This document shows positions 13,911 to 26,100 of a DNA stretch of 64,000 nucleotides, piece after piece (position 1 is the first letter of the stretch; each line of letters opens with the position of its first letter). This DNA is from Mobula hypostoma (lineage: Eukaryota). Where the stretch lies: positions 175,772,001-175,836,000 of the forward strand of contig NC_086097.1 of NCBI RefSeq assembly GCF_963921235.1, given 5' to 3'. The notes beneath the pieces are model-generated. The model was not told where the DNA came from and did no database searches. It saw nothing but the letters and a program-made list of their open reading frames with translations. A program made the translations under genes and the position numbers.

Positions 13911-14659
13911 GTGGAGTGTCTCTGATAGTAATAAATGAATTCAAATCCTTAAAAAGAGGGCACATGGGATCAGAAGATGCAGCACCCTTGTGTGTAGAGT
14001 TAAAGAAACTGCAAGGGTAAAAAGACCCTGATGGGAGTTGTATACAGGCCACCAAATAGTAGCCAGAATAAGGACCATTAATTAAAAAGGAGATAGAAAA
14101 AGAATGTTTAAATAAAAACTTTATATTAGTTGGGGGATTTCAGTGTGCGGGTAGATTGGAAAATCAGGTTGGTGCTGGATCCCAAAAGAGGGCACTTGTA
14201 GAATGCCTACGAGATACCTTTTTAGAGCAGTTTGTGATTGAGCCTACTATGAGAAAGGCAATTCTGTATTGAGTGCTGTGTAATGAACCAGTTTTGATTA
14301 AGGAGCTTAAGGTCAAGGAACCCTTATGAGGCAGTGGTCATAATACAATATAATTCACCCTGCAGTTTGACAGGGAGAAGCTATAGTCAGCTGTGTCAGT
14401 TTACAGTGGAGTAAAAGGAATTATAGATGTATGAGGGAGGAGATGGCTAATGTTGATTGGAAGGGGGCACCAGCAGACATGGTGGCTGTAGTTTCTGGGA
14501 GCAATTTGGAAGGTGCAGGATAGAAATTTCCCTTGGAGGAAGAGGTATTCTAAAGGAAGGATGAGGCAACAGTAGCTGACAAGGGAAGTCAAGAACAGCA
14601 TAAAAGGAGAAGAGGGCATATAATATAGCAAAAATTTGTGAGAAGCTAGAGGATTGGGA

Positions 14660-15610
14660 GAGATGTGCATGTCTGCTTGTATCCCATCTTCCCGCCACCC
14701 TACCAGGGATAGGATTCCTCATGTCCTCATCTACCACCCCACTGGTCTCCGTGTCCGGCACATAATTCTCCGAAACCTCCAAAGGGATCCCACCACCAAA
14801 CACATCTTTCCCTCCCACCCCCCCCCCAACTTTCTACTTCCGCAGGGATTGCACCCTACAGGACTTCCTTGTCTGTTTGGCCCTCCCCACTGATATCCCT
14901 CCTGGCACTTACCCTTGCCAGTGGAACAAGTGCTACACCTGCTCCTATACCTCCTCCCTCACTACCATTCAGGGCCTTAAACAGTCCTTCCAGGTGAGGC
15001 AACACTTCACATGTGAGTCTGTCATGGTCATTTACTGTGCTCGGTGCTCCCATTGTGGCCTCCTGTATATCAGTGAGACCCAATGTAGATTGGGAGACCG
15101 CTTAACTGAGCATCTACACTCCGTCCGCCAAACAAGCAGGATCTCCCAGTGACCACATGTTTCAATTCCACTTCCCATTCCCATTCTGATTATGTCTATC
15201 CATAGCCTCTTCCACTGTCCTGATGAGGCCACATTTAGGTTATATTCCGTTTGGGTAGCCTCCAACCTGAAGGCATGAACATCGATTCCTCAAACTTCCA
15301 GTAGTGCTCCATCCCCACCCACTTCACCATTTTCCATCCCTTTTTCCCTTTCACCTTATCTCCTTGCCTGCCCATCGCTGCCCTCTGGTGCTCATCCTTG
15401 TTTCTTCCTTCCATGGCCTTCTGTCTCTTTCACCAATCAACTTCGCAGCTCTTTACTATCCCTCTCCCTCCAGGTTTCACCTATCACCTGGTGCTTCTCT
15501 TTCCCCTCTTCCTCCCTACCTTTTAAATCTACTCCTCAACCTGTTTTTTCCCTCCAGTCCTGCCGAAGGGTTTTGGCCCGAAACAACGACTGTACTTTTT
15601 TCCATAGTCA
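14660..15610 (+). mobile_element. Penelope-like element fragment (GIY-YIG endonuclease plus terminal region)
   Basis: PCQWNKCYTC...FTCESVMVIYCARCSHCGLLYISETQCRLGDRLTEH is a Penelope/Neptune-type GIY-YIG domain; ends in a pyrimidine-rich tract and a degenerate hammerhead motif. Confidence 0.85.
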
Positions 15611-17552
15611 GCTTGGTTTCCTTACTGGGAATCCTTGCCTGACAAATCTGTTGGAATTCCTTGAGGAAATGACCAGCAGGATAGACAAAGGAGAGTCAGT
15701 GGATGTTGTTTACTTGGATTTTCAGAAAGCCTTTGACTAAATCTCACAAGTGAGGCTGCTTAATAAGAGCTCGCAGCATTACAGGAAAGATACCGACATG
15801 GATAAAAGATTGGCTGACTAGCAGGTGGCAAAGAATGTGAATAAAAGGGGCCTTTTCTGATTGGCTGCCAGTGACTAGTGTTTCACAGGGGTTGATATTG
15901 TGACAGGTTTTTACGTTGTATGCAGTGGTTTGTATGATGGAGTTGATGGCTTTGTGGCCAAGTTTGCAGACAATATGAAGATAGGTGTAGTGGCAGATGG
16001 TGTTGAGGTAGCAGGGAGTCTGTAGTAGGATTTAGACAGATTGGGAGAGTTGGCAAAGCAGTGGCAGATGGAATGTTGTGTAGGGAAGTGTCTGATCATG
16101 TACTTAGGTAGAAAGATTAGAAGTGTAGACAATGTTCTAATGGAGAGAAAATTCAGTAATCACAAGTGTAAAGGGACTTGGGAGTCCTCGTGCAAGATTC
16201 CCTAAGGGTTAACTTGCAGGATGGGTCGGTGGTAAGGAAGGTAAGTGCACTGATCATAGAAACATAGAAAACCTGCAGCACAATACAGGCCCTTAGGCCC
16301 ACAAAGCTGTGCCGAACATGTCCCTGCCTTAGAACTACCTAGGCTTTACCCATAGCCCACTATTTTTCTAAGCTCCATGTAGCCATTCAGGAGGCTCTTA
16401 AAAGACCCTATTGTATCCACCTCCACCACCACCGCCAGCAGCCCATTCTGTGCACTCACTACTCTGCGTTAAAAAAAAACAACACAACAACTACTTACCC
16501 CTGACATCTCTACCTACTTCCAAGCACCTTAAAACTATGCCCTCTTCTGCTAGCCATTTCAGCCCTGAGGAAAAGCCTCTGATTATCTACGTGATCAATG
16601 CCTCTCATTATCTTATACACCTCTATCAGGTCACCTCTCATCCTCTGTCGCTCCAAGGAGAAAAGGCCGAGTTCACTCAAACTATTCTCATAAGGTATGC
16701 TCCCCAATCCAGGCAACATCCTTGTAAATCTCCTCTGCACCCTTTCTATAGTTTCCATGTCCTTCCTACAGTGAGGCGACCAGAATTGAGCACAGTACTA
16801 CAAGTGGCGTGTGGCCAGGGTCCTATATAGCTGCGACATTACCTCTCGGCTCTTAAACTCAGTCCCACGATTGATGAAGGCCAATGCACTGTATGCCTTC
16901 TTAACCACAGAGTCAACTTGTGTAGCAGCTTTGAGTGTCCTATGGACTCGGACCCTAAGATCCCTCTGATCCTCCACACTGCCAAGAGTCTTACCATTAA
17001 TGCTATATTCTGCCATCATATTTGACCTACCAAAATGAACCACCTGACACTTATCTGGGTTGAACTCCCATCTGCCACTTCTCAGCCCAGTTTTGCATCC
17101 TATCAATGTCCCGTTGTAACCTCTGACAGCCCTCCATACTATCCACAACACCCCCAACCTTTGTGTCATCAGCAAACTTACTAACCCATCCCTCCACTTC
17201 CTCATCCAGGTCATTTATAAAAATCACAAAGAGTAGGGGTCCCAGAACAGATCCCTGAGGCACACCACTGGTCACTGGCTTCCATGCAGAATATGACCTA
17301 TCTACGACCACTCTTTGCCTTCTGTTAGTAAGCCAGTTCTGGATCCACAAAGCAATGTCCCCTTTGATCCCATGTCTCCTTACTTTCTCAATAAGCCTTG
17401 CAGTGGGGTACCTTATCAAATCCCTTGCTAAAATCCATACACACTACATCTTCTTTATCAATGTGTTTAGTTACATACTGAAAAAATTCAGTCAGGCTCG
17501 TAAGGCACGACCTGCCTTTGACAAAGCCATGCTGTCTATTCCTAATGATATT

Positions 17553-18566
17553 CCTTCCTTCCTTGTGGCCTTAACTCCTGGTGGAGTCGTCGGGGCGCTG
17601 TCATGACAAGCTTTGCACTAGTCTGTTCCATCTGTCGCGGTTGTGCACCAGAGCCTGGGTCACCGCAGATGTTTTCCCTGTCCATTCTTTAATGTTGTCC
17701 ATCCATCTTTTCCTCCGTCTACCTCTCCTCCTTTTCCCCTCCACAGTTCCTTGTAGAATGGTCTTTGCAAGGCGACTGGATCTTGTTACGTGGCTGTACC
17801 ATCTCAGCTTTCTTTTCTTCACCGTTGTGAGAAGGTCTTCATGGGGGCCAATGTGGTGCTGGGTGGTCTTGCAGACCTGCTCGTTTGTAATTTGGTCCAA
17901 GTATGAGATGCCCAAGATGTTGCGATAGCATCTCATTTCCAATACCTGTATAGCTGTGCTGTGAGAGTCCATGTCTCACATGCGTACAGGAAGATGGAGA
18001 ATACCAGTGCACGCAGGAGTCTGATCTTGTACTTCATGGTGATGTTTCTGTCCCTCCATATTGTCTTGAGTTTGGATAGTGCAGTCATTGTCTGTGCGGT
18101 TCTTGCCAGAATTTCTGGTCTTGATCCTTCATCGCTGATGATTGCCCCCAGGTATTTGAATTGCTGCACTGTCTCAAGTTTCTGACCGTTGACTGAGATG
18201 TCTGTTGTGATGGCACCCTTGGCATTTCCCATGAGCTTGGTTTTCTGGGCACTTAGTTTCATTCCAAACCTTGTGGAGGCTCTGTCAAGATGGCTGACCA
18301 GGTTGGCCAGTTCATCCTCTTTTCCTGCAAATCCATCAATGTCATCAGCAAATCTTAGGTTTGTGATGTTCCTCCCTCCGACACTGACTGTGCCCACATG
18401 ATCTTCAAGGGCAACACTCATGATTCGTTCCAGGAAGATGTTGAAGAGAGTGGGGGAGAGGAGGCAGCCCTGACGGAATCCTATAGAAGTTTGGAACCAC
18501 TCCCCGATGGTGCCCTGAGCGAGCACTGCACTGGTTGCCTTGGCGTAAAGCTGATGGATTGTATGA
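17553..18566 (-). mobile_element. 5'-truncated RTE-clade LINE (about 1.0 kb)
   Basis: RQGCLLSPTLFNIFLE...ITNLRFADDIDG...FKYLGAII...LYACETWTL...LQGTVEGKRRRGR; (AAGG)n tail; 5-bp TSD ATATT (17548-17552 / 18567-18571). Confidence 0.9.
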
Positions 18567-21379
18567 ATATTATGCTTCTCCAAATGTTCATAAATCCTGC
18601 CTCTCAGGATCTTCTCCATCAACTTACCAACCACTGAAGTAAGACTCACTGGTCTATAATTTCCTGGGCTATCTCTACTCCCTTTCTTGAATAAGGGAAC
18701 AACATCAGCAACCCTCCAATCCTCAGGAACCTCTCCTGTCGTCATTGATGATGCAAAGATCATCGCCAGAGGCTCAGCAATCTCCTCCCTCGCTTCCCAC
18801 AGTAGCCTGGGGTACATCCCGTCTGGTCCCGATGACTTAGCCAACTTGATGCTTTCCAAAAGCTCCAGCACATCCTCTTCCTTAATATCTACATGCTCAA
18901 GCTTTTCAGTCCACTGCAAGTCATCCCTACAATCGCCAAGATCCTTTTCCGTAGTGAATACTGAAGCAAAGTATTCATTAAGTACCTCTGCTATTTCCTC
19001 TGGTTCTGTACACACTTTTCCACTGTCACACTTGATTGGTCCTAATCTCTCATGTCTTATCCTCTTGCTCTTCACATACTTGTAGAATGCTTTGGGGTTT
19101 TCCTTAATCCTGTCTGCCAAGGCCTTCTCATGGCCCTTTCTGGCTCTCCTAATTTCATTCTTAAACTCCTTCCTGCTCGCCTTATAATCTTCCAGATTCC
19201 TATCATTACCTAGTTTTTTGAACCTTTCATAAGCTCTTCTTTTCTTCTTGACTAGATTTACAGCAACCTTTGTACACCACGGATCTTGTACCCTACCATC
19301 CTTTCCATGTCTCATTGGAACATACCTATACTCAGAACCCTATGCAAATATTCCCTGAACATTTTCCACATTTCTTCTGTACATTTCCCTGAGAATATCT
19401 GTTTCCAATTTATGCTTCCAAGTTCCTGCCTGATAGCCTCATATTTCCCCTTACTCCAATTAAACGTTTCCCTAACTTGTCTGTTCCTGTCCCTCTCCAG
19501 TGCTATGGTAAAGGAGATAGAATTGTGATCACTATCTCCAAAATGCTCTCCCACTGACAGACCAGAGATCTGACACCTGACCAGGTTCATTTCCCAGTAC
19601 CAGATCAAGTACAGCCTCTCCTTTTGTAGGCTTATCTACATATCGTGTCAAGAAACCTTCCTGAATACATCTAACAAACTCTACACCAGCTAAACCCCTC
19701 CCTCTAGGGAGATACCAATCAATATTTGGGAAATTAAAATCTCCCACCACAACAACCCTGTTATTGTTACTTCTTTCCAGAATCTGTCTCCCTATCTGCT
19801 CCTCGATGTCCCTGTTGCAATTGGGTGGTCTATATATATATATAAAAATATTTTAAAAAACACCCAGTAGAGTTATTGACCCCTTCCTATTCCAAACTTC
19901 CACCCACAGAGACTCCATAGACAACCCCTCCATGACTTCCTCCTTTTCTGCAGCTGTGCCACTATCTCTGATCAGCAGTGCCACGCCCCCACCTCTTTTG
20001 CCTCCCTCCCTATCCTTTCTGAAACATCTAAAGCCTGGCACTTGAAGTAGCCATTCCTGCCCCTGCACCAGCCAGGTCTCTGTAATGGCCACAACATCAT
20101 AGCTCTAAGTGCTGATCCACGCTCTAAGCTCATCTGCTTTGATCATAATACTCCTCGCATTAAAATAGACACATCTCAAACCATCGGTCTGAGCGCGTCC
20201 CTTCTCTATCACCTGCCTATCCTCCCATTCGCACTGTCTCCAAGCTTTCTCTATTTGTGAGCCAACCTCCCTTTCCTCTGTCAATTCAGTTCGGTTTCCA
20301 CCCCCCAGCAATTTTAGTTTAAACTCTCCCCGATAGCCTTAGCAAACCTTCCCGCCAGGATATTGGTTCCCCTTGGATTCAAGTGCAACCCGTCCTTTTT
20401 GTACGGTCACAACTGCCCCAGAAGAGGTCCAAATGCTCTAGAAGTCTGAATCCCTGTTCCAATCCCTCAGCCACGCATTTATCCTCCACCTCATTCTATT
20501 CCTATACTCACTGTCACATGCTTCCCCCAGGTAGGCTGTCTCCACATTCCCCCCCCCCCCACAGTACTCAAGCAGGAATACTTATTGTTAAGGGGGACAG
20601 CCACTGGGGTACTCTCCAGCACCTGTTTCTTGCCCTTCCCTCTCCTATCTGTTACCCACTTCTCTGTCTCTTGTGGTCCCAGGGTGACTACCTGCCTGTA
20701 GCTCCTCTCTATCACGTCCTCACTCTCCCTGACCAGACGAAGGTCATCGAGCTGCAGCTCCAGTTCCCTAACGTGGTCTTTGAGGAACTGCAGCTCGATG
20801 CACCTGGTGCAGATGTGGTCGTCCGGGAGGCCGGGAGTCTCCAGGACCTCCCACATCTGACACTGAGCACAGAAAACTGGCCTCACACACATACTTTCTG
20901 TCTTTATTTTAAACAGATAACCTATCTGGCCTTGACCCCTTATCGCCAAAGCCCCGTTGAGCCAAAGCCTTCCTACTCTGTCTCCCACTACTCTGTCGCC
21001 CACTCTTCCGATGCCCACTTTGTAAATCTGTCTTCTTTTTAAACTCTTCCCGCTGTTCTCACTGGCCGACCTCCACCCTGCGCAGTCATGCCGTGTTCAA
21101 GCCGCTGAAGAACTAGCCATCGCCTTTTCAACTCTGCTCGCTTTTAAACTCTTCCCGCTGTTCTCATTGGCCGACCTTCACGCGCTTGCGCAGTTGTCCC
21201 CCGTTCAAACTGCTGAATCTTTCTTTTTAAATCTTTTTATTGAATAAGTATACAAAGGGTAAACCATAAAGGCACTAATACACTGTTAGAAATTACAGGA
21301 AATATTAATACAGAAGAAAAAATTGATACAAACAGTGCAATTTAAACATAAAATAATATGGTAAAATAATAGTATACTG

Positions 21380-21384
<5 letters not shown>

Positions 21385-21412
<28 letters not shown>
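21385..21412. repeat. (TA)n microsatellite in the L1 3'UTR
   Basis: Direct TA run. Confidence 0.9.
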
Positions 21413-21415
<3 letters not shown>

Positions 21416-23009
21416 ATAGAGAAAAGGAAAAAGAACCCCCCCCCCCAAAAAACCCACCGTGCAACTAAACTAAAAGCAAAGCAATGGGCTAACTTGGAAA
21501 CAGGTAGAGTTAAAGAACTTAAAATCACGTCCTCAAACCCGACCTCCATTAAAAACAGTTTTAAAAAAAGGCAAGAAAGGAATATAAATATGGAACAAAA
21601 GAGAAAAAAAAATTACATTAAATGAAAATATTGAATAAAAGATCTCCAGGTCTGTTCAAATTTAAGTGAGGAATCATAAAGATTACTTCTAATTTTCTCC
21701 AAATTTAAGCATAATATCATCTGGGAAAACCAAAAAAAGGTAGTTGGAGCATTAGGTTCTTTCCAATGTTGTAAGATACATCTTTTCGCCATTAAAGTAA
21801 GAAATGCAATCATTCTACGGGCTGAAGGGGAAAGATTACTGGAAATTTTAGGTAATCCAAAGATAGCAGTAATAGGATGAGGAGAAATATCTATATTCAA
21901 TACCTTTGAGATAATATTAAAAATGTCTCTCCAGAAAGTTTCCAGAGTAGGACAAGACCAAAACATATGAGATAAAGAGGCTATCTGCCCCGGACATCTA
22001 TCACAAAAAGGATTAATATGAGAATAGAAATGAGCTAATTTATCTTTGGACATATGTGCTCTATGAACAACTTTAAATTAAATTAGGGAATGTTTAGCAC
22101 AGATAGAGGAAGTATTGACTAACTGTAAAATCTGCCCCCAGTCATCCACGGAAATAATAGAACCCAATTCTTGTTCCCAATCTGACCTAATCTTATCAAA
22201 TGGAGCTTTCCTAAGTTTCATAATAATATTATAAATAATAGCCGTTACACCTTTCTGACATGGATTAAGGTTAATTATAGTATCTAAAATATATGTAGGA
22301 GGTAGCGTCGGAAAGGAAGAGAGTACAGTACTTAGGAAATTTCTAACTTGGAGATATCTAAAAAAAAGTATTCTTGGTAAATTATATTTATTAGATAATT
22401 GTTCAAAAGACATAAGGGAACCATCTAAAAAGAAATCCAAAAACTGTAAAATACCCTTAAGTCTTCCAAATTTGAAACGCACGATCCATGAAAGAGGGAG
22501 GAAAAAATATGTTACCTAAAATAGGGATTGCTAGCCCAAATTGGTTGAGATCAAAAAATTTTCTGAATTGAAACCAAATACGCAAGGTATACTTAACTAT
22601 CGGGTTAGAGACCAGTTTAAGGCGTTTCAAATCAAAAGGAAGAGAGGAACCTAAAATAGAGCCAAGTGCATAGCCCTGAGCAGATTGTAATTCCAATACT
22701 ACCCATTTAGGAATGGATAGTGTATCTTGGTCAAGTAACCAAAATTTCATATGTCGAATATTAATTGCCCAATAATAGAATCTAAAGTTAGGTAATGCTA
22801 GATCTCCATCTCTCTTGGCTTTCTGTAAATGTATTTTACCCAATCTCGGGTTTTTATTTTGCCAAATAAATGAAGAAATTTTAGAGTCAACTTCATCAAA
22901 AAAAGATTTTGGAACAAAAATCGGTAATGCCTGAAATATATATAAAAATTTTGGCAGAATAAACATCTTACTGCATTAATACGACCAATCAAAGTTAAAT
23001 ATAATGGAA

Positions 23010-23130
23010 CAACATACATCAAAGTTGCTGGTGAACGCAGCAGGCCAAGCAGCATCTATAGGAAGAGGCGCAGTCGACGTTTCAGGCCGAGAGCCTTCGT
23101 GAGGACTAACTGAAGGAAGAGTGAACTTTT
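23010..23130 (-). mobile_element. 121-bp Penelope-like terminal fragment inserted in L1 ORF2
   Basis: 11-bp TSD ATATAATGGAA (22999-23009 / 23131-23141); near-identical to about 29742-29853 in reverse orientation. Confidence 0.85.
23071..23108 (-). ncRNA. minimal type-I hammerhead ribozyme-like motif (one core mismatch)
   Basis: tAGTC-CTCACGA-aggctctcggcct-GAAACGTC-GACTg on the - strand. Confidence 0.55.
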
Positions 23131-26100
23131 ATATAATGGAAACTATTTAGATGAAAGTTGAGTAATATGATCAATTAAGGGTAAAAAATTAGTCTTAAAT
23201 AAATCTTTGTATTTACAAGTAATTTTAATCCCAAGATATGAGAAATAATTATTAATCAATTTAAACAAAGTTATGATACGAGGGAAGTTGTTTATTAATC
23301 GGAAAAAGTTCACTCTTACTAAGGTTTAATTTATAACCTGAATTGTGCTAATAAAACTAAAGCAGCAGGGATAGATTTTTGAGAATTAGAAATATATAAA
23401 AGTAAGTCATCAGCATAGAGTGATATTTTATGGGACTTTAGGCCCCGAGTTATCCCAATAATATTTGGAGATTCTCGAATGGCAATTGCAAGAGGTTCTA
23501 ATGCAATATCAAATAATAAAGGACTAAGAGGACAACCTTGTCGAGTACCTTGAAAAAGAGGGAAAAAAGGTGAGCTTAAAGAGTTAGTACGGACCGAGGC
23601 CATAGGAGAATGATATAACAGTTTAATCCAGGATATAAATTTCGAGCTAAAATTAAACGTTTCAAGCACCTTAAATAAGTAAGGCCATTCTACTCTATCA
23701 AAAGCTTTTTCAGCATCTAAAGACATAACACACTCAGGAACATTTGGTGAGGGGATATAAACAATATTTAACAGTGTGCGAATGTTATAGAAAGAGTAAC
23801 GACCTTTAATAAAACCCGTTTGGTCTTCCGAAATAATAAAAGGGAGTACTTTTTCTAATCTGTTTGCTAATAATTTAGAAAAAATTTTAGAATCAACATT
23901 TAATAAAGATATTGGTCTATAAGATGCACGTTGAGCAGGATCTTTATCCTTCTTTAATATTAGAGAGATTGACGCTCTATAAAAGGATTCGGGAAGTTTA
24001 CCAAGTTTTAATGAAGCCTCCAAAACCCTACAGAACCAAGGGATTAATGAAGGTGCAAAAAACTTATAAAATTCCACGGTAAACCCATCAGGGCCAGGAG
24101 CTTTCCCCAGGTTCATAGAGGAAATAACATTCTTAATCTCATCAGTAGTAATGGGAGTATCAAGCATAGAAGACATATCCTGTGAAATCTCAGGGAAATC
24201 TAGGATATCTAAAAAATCATTCATATATTTAGAGTCTCGTAAAGACTCAGATTGATATAAGGAAGAATAAAAAGAAAGTTTGATCACATGATCAAATATC
24301 AGTCGATCATTTTGATTATAAATCTGATTAATTTGAGATTTAGTATGATTAGACTTCAGTTGGTTAGCCAACAGTTTACCAGCTTTGTCACTGTGTACAT
24401 AAAATTCACTTCTTGTTTTCTTTAATTGGTTTACAATTGAGGACGAAAGTAATAAGCTGTGCTCCATTTGAAGTTCAGTTCTTTGTTTATACAGCTTCTT
24501 TGGGAGCTGAAACATATTTCTTATCAATTTCCTTAATCTTGTCCACAATTACCATCTCCTCCTGCTTCAACTTCTTCCTCAAAGCAGCAGAATACGAGAT
24601 AATCTGACCATGAATATAAGCTTTAAAAGTATCCCAAAGAGTGTTCACAGAAATATCCTCTGTGTAGTTGATTGTAAAAAAGAAATCAATCTGTTCATTC
24701 ATAAAGTTAACAAAATCCAAGTCCTGAAGCAGCAACGAATTAAAACGCCATTGTCTATTATTTTGTGTATTGACCTGAATTTTAATAGAAAGCTTAAGTG
24801 GAGCATGATCCGAAATGGTTATAGAATCATAATCACATTTAATCACTGAAGAGATAAGCCGAGAGTCAATAAAAAAATAATCAATTCTTGAATAGGAATG
24901 GTGAACATGTGGAAAAAAAAGGAAAATCTTTTTCCTGAGGATGCAAAAAACGCCAAATGTCCGTCGACCCAGAATCAGAGAGGAATGAGTTAATCAAAGT
25001 TGCAGATTTATTAGGTAAGGTCCATAGAGGAGCCGAACGGTCCAAAACTGGAGATAAGCAAGTATTAAGATCTCCGCCCCAGATCAATGAAAACTCATTC
25101 AAATTCGGGAACCGATTAAATAATAATTTATAAAATTCCAGACAGTCCATATTGGGAGCATAAACGTTAACCAAAACTACCTTTTTATTGAATAGTAGAC
25201 CACTAACCAGTAGAAATCTACCATTCGGATCAGAGATAATATCATGTTGTACAAAAGTAACTGAGGAGTCTATAAAAATAGAGATGCTTCGAATCTTAGC
25301 GTTAGAATTCGAATGAAACTGTTGTTCCTTCCAGAATTTAAAAAAACGTAGTCTGTCCCCCCTCCGCACATGGGTCTCTTGTAAAAATAGAACATGTGCT
25401 TTAAGTCTCCGGAATACTTAAAAAACTTTTTTCCCTTTAATAGGATGATTAAAACCATTAGTATTCCAGGAGACAAAATTAATAATAGACTCCATAAACC
25501 CTAAGGTCAACCCACAAAAAAGAGGATTGACGATAGGTTCGAACCACGAACCAGGAAAGGGAACAGAACAAACCAGAGATAATGGGTAGGAGAACGCAAC
25601 CAATGCTTCAGTAATGTAAATAGCCCAAGAAGAAAAAAACTAAAACGTGAGGCCCCTCCCACCACCCCCCACCCCATAACCTCAAGGCTAAATCTAAAAC
25701 AGACCCGCCAGAAAGAAGCAAGCACTAGAACTACCCCCATGACTTCCGATAGACGCTCACTAAAAAAAGTGTAAATATAAAAAAGATCAGCTAGTTATAA
25801 AACAGTAAAAGAATAAAAAAAAGTAGAACAGTTAAGACAAACACGATATAAAACGGAGAAAAAGCCAGAAAATATAAAGAAAACCATAACAGACCACAGA
25901 CCCTATAATAACCAAAAAAAAGAAACAAAATTATTAATATAAAACTAGTTAGGAAAACCTACAGAAAAAAGTACATTTAAAGACTACGAAATTTAAGGCC
26001 TCAAAGGAAATACACGAAATGATGCTGAGGGAATAACCACCCATAATCCCCAGGGAAAAAGAAAGGAATGACGCAGTTGGAAAGAAAGTTTGGCAACCAT

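Noticed and set aside
20383..21042. 219-aa + strand ORF
   Set aside because: Antisense shadow of CR1 ORF1; no independent protein signature
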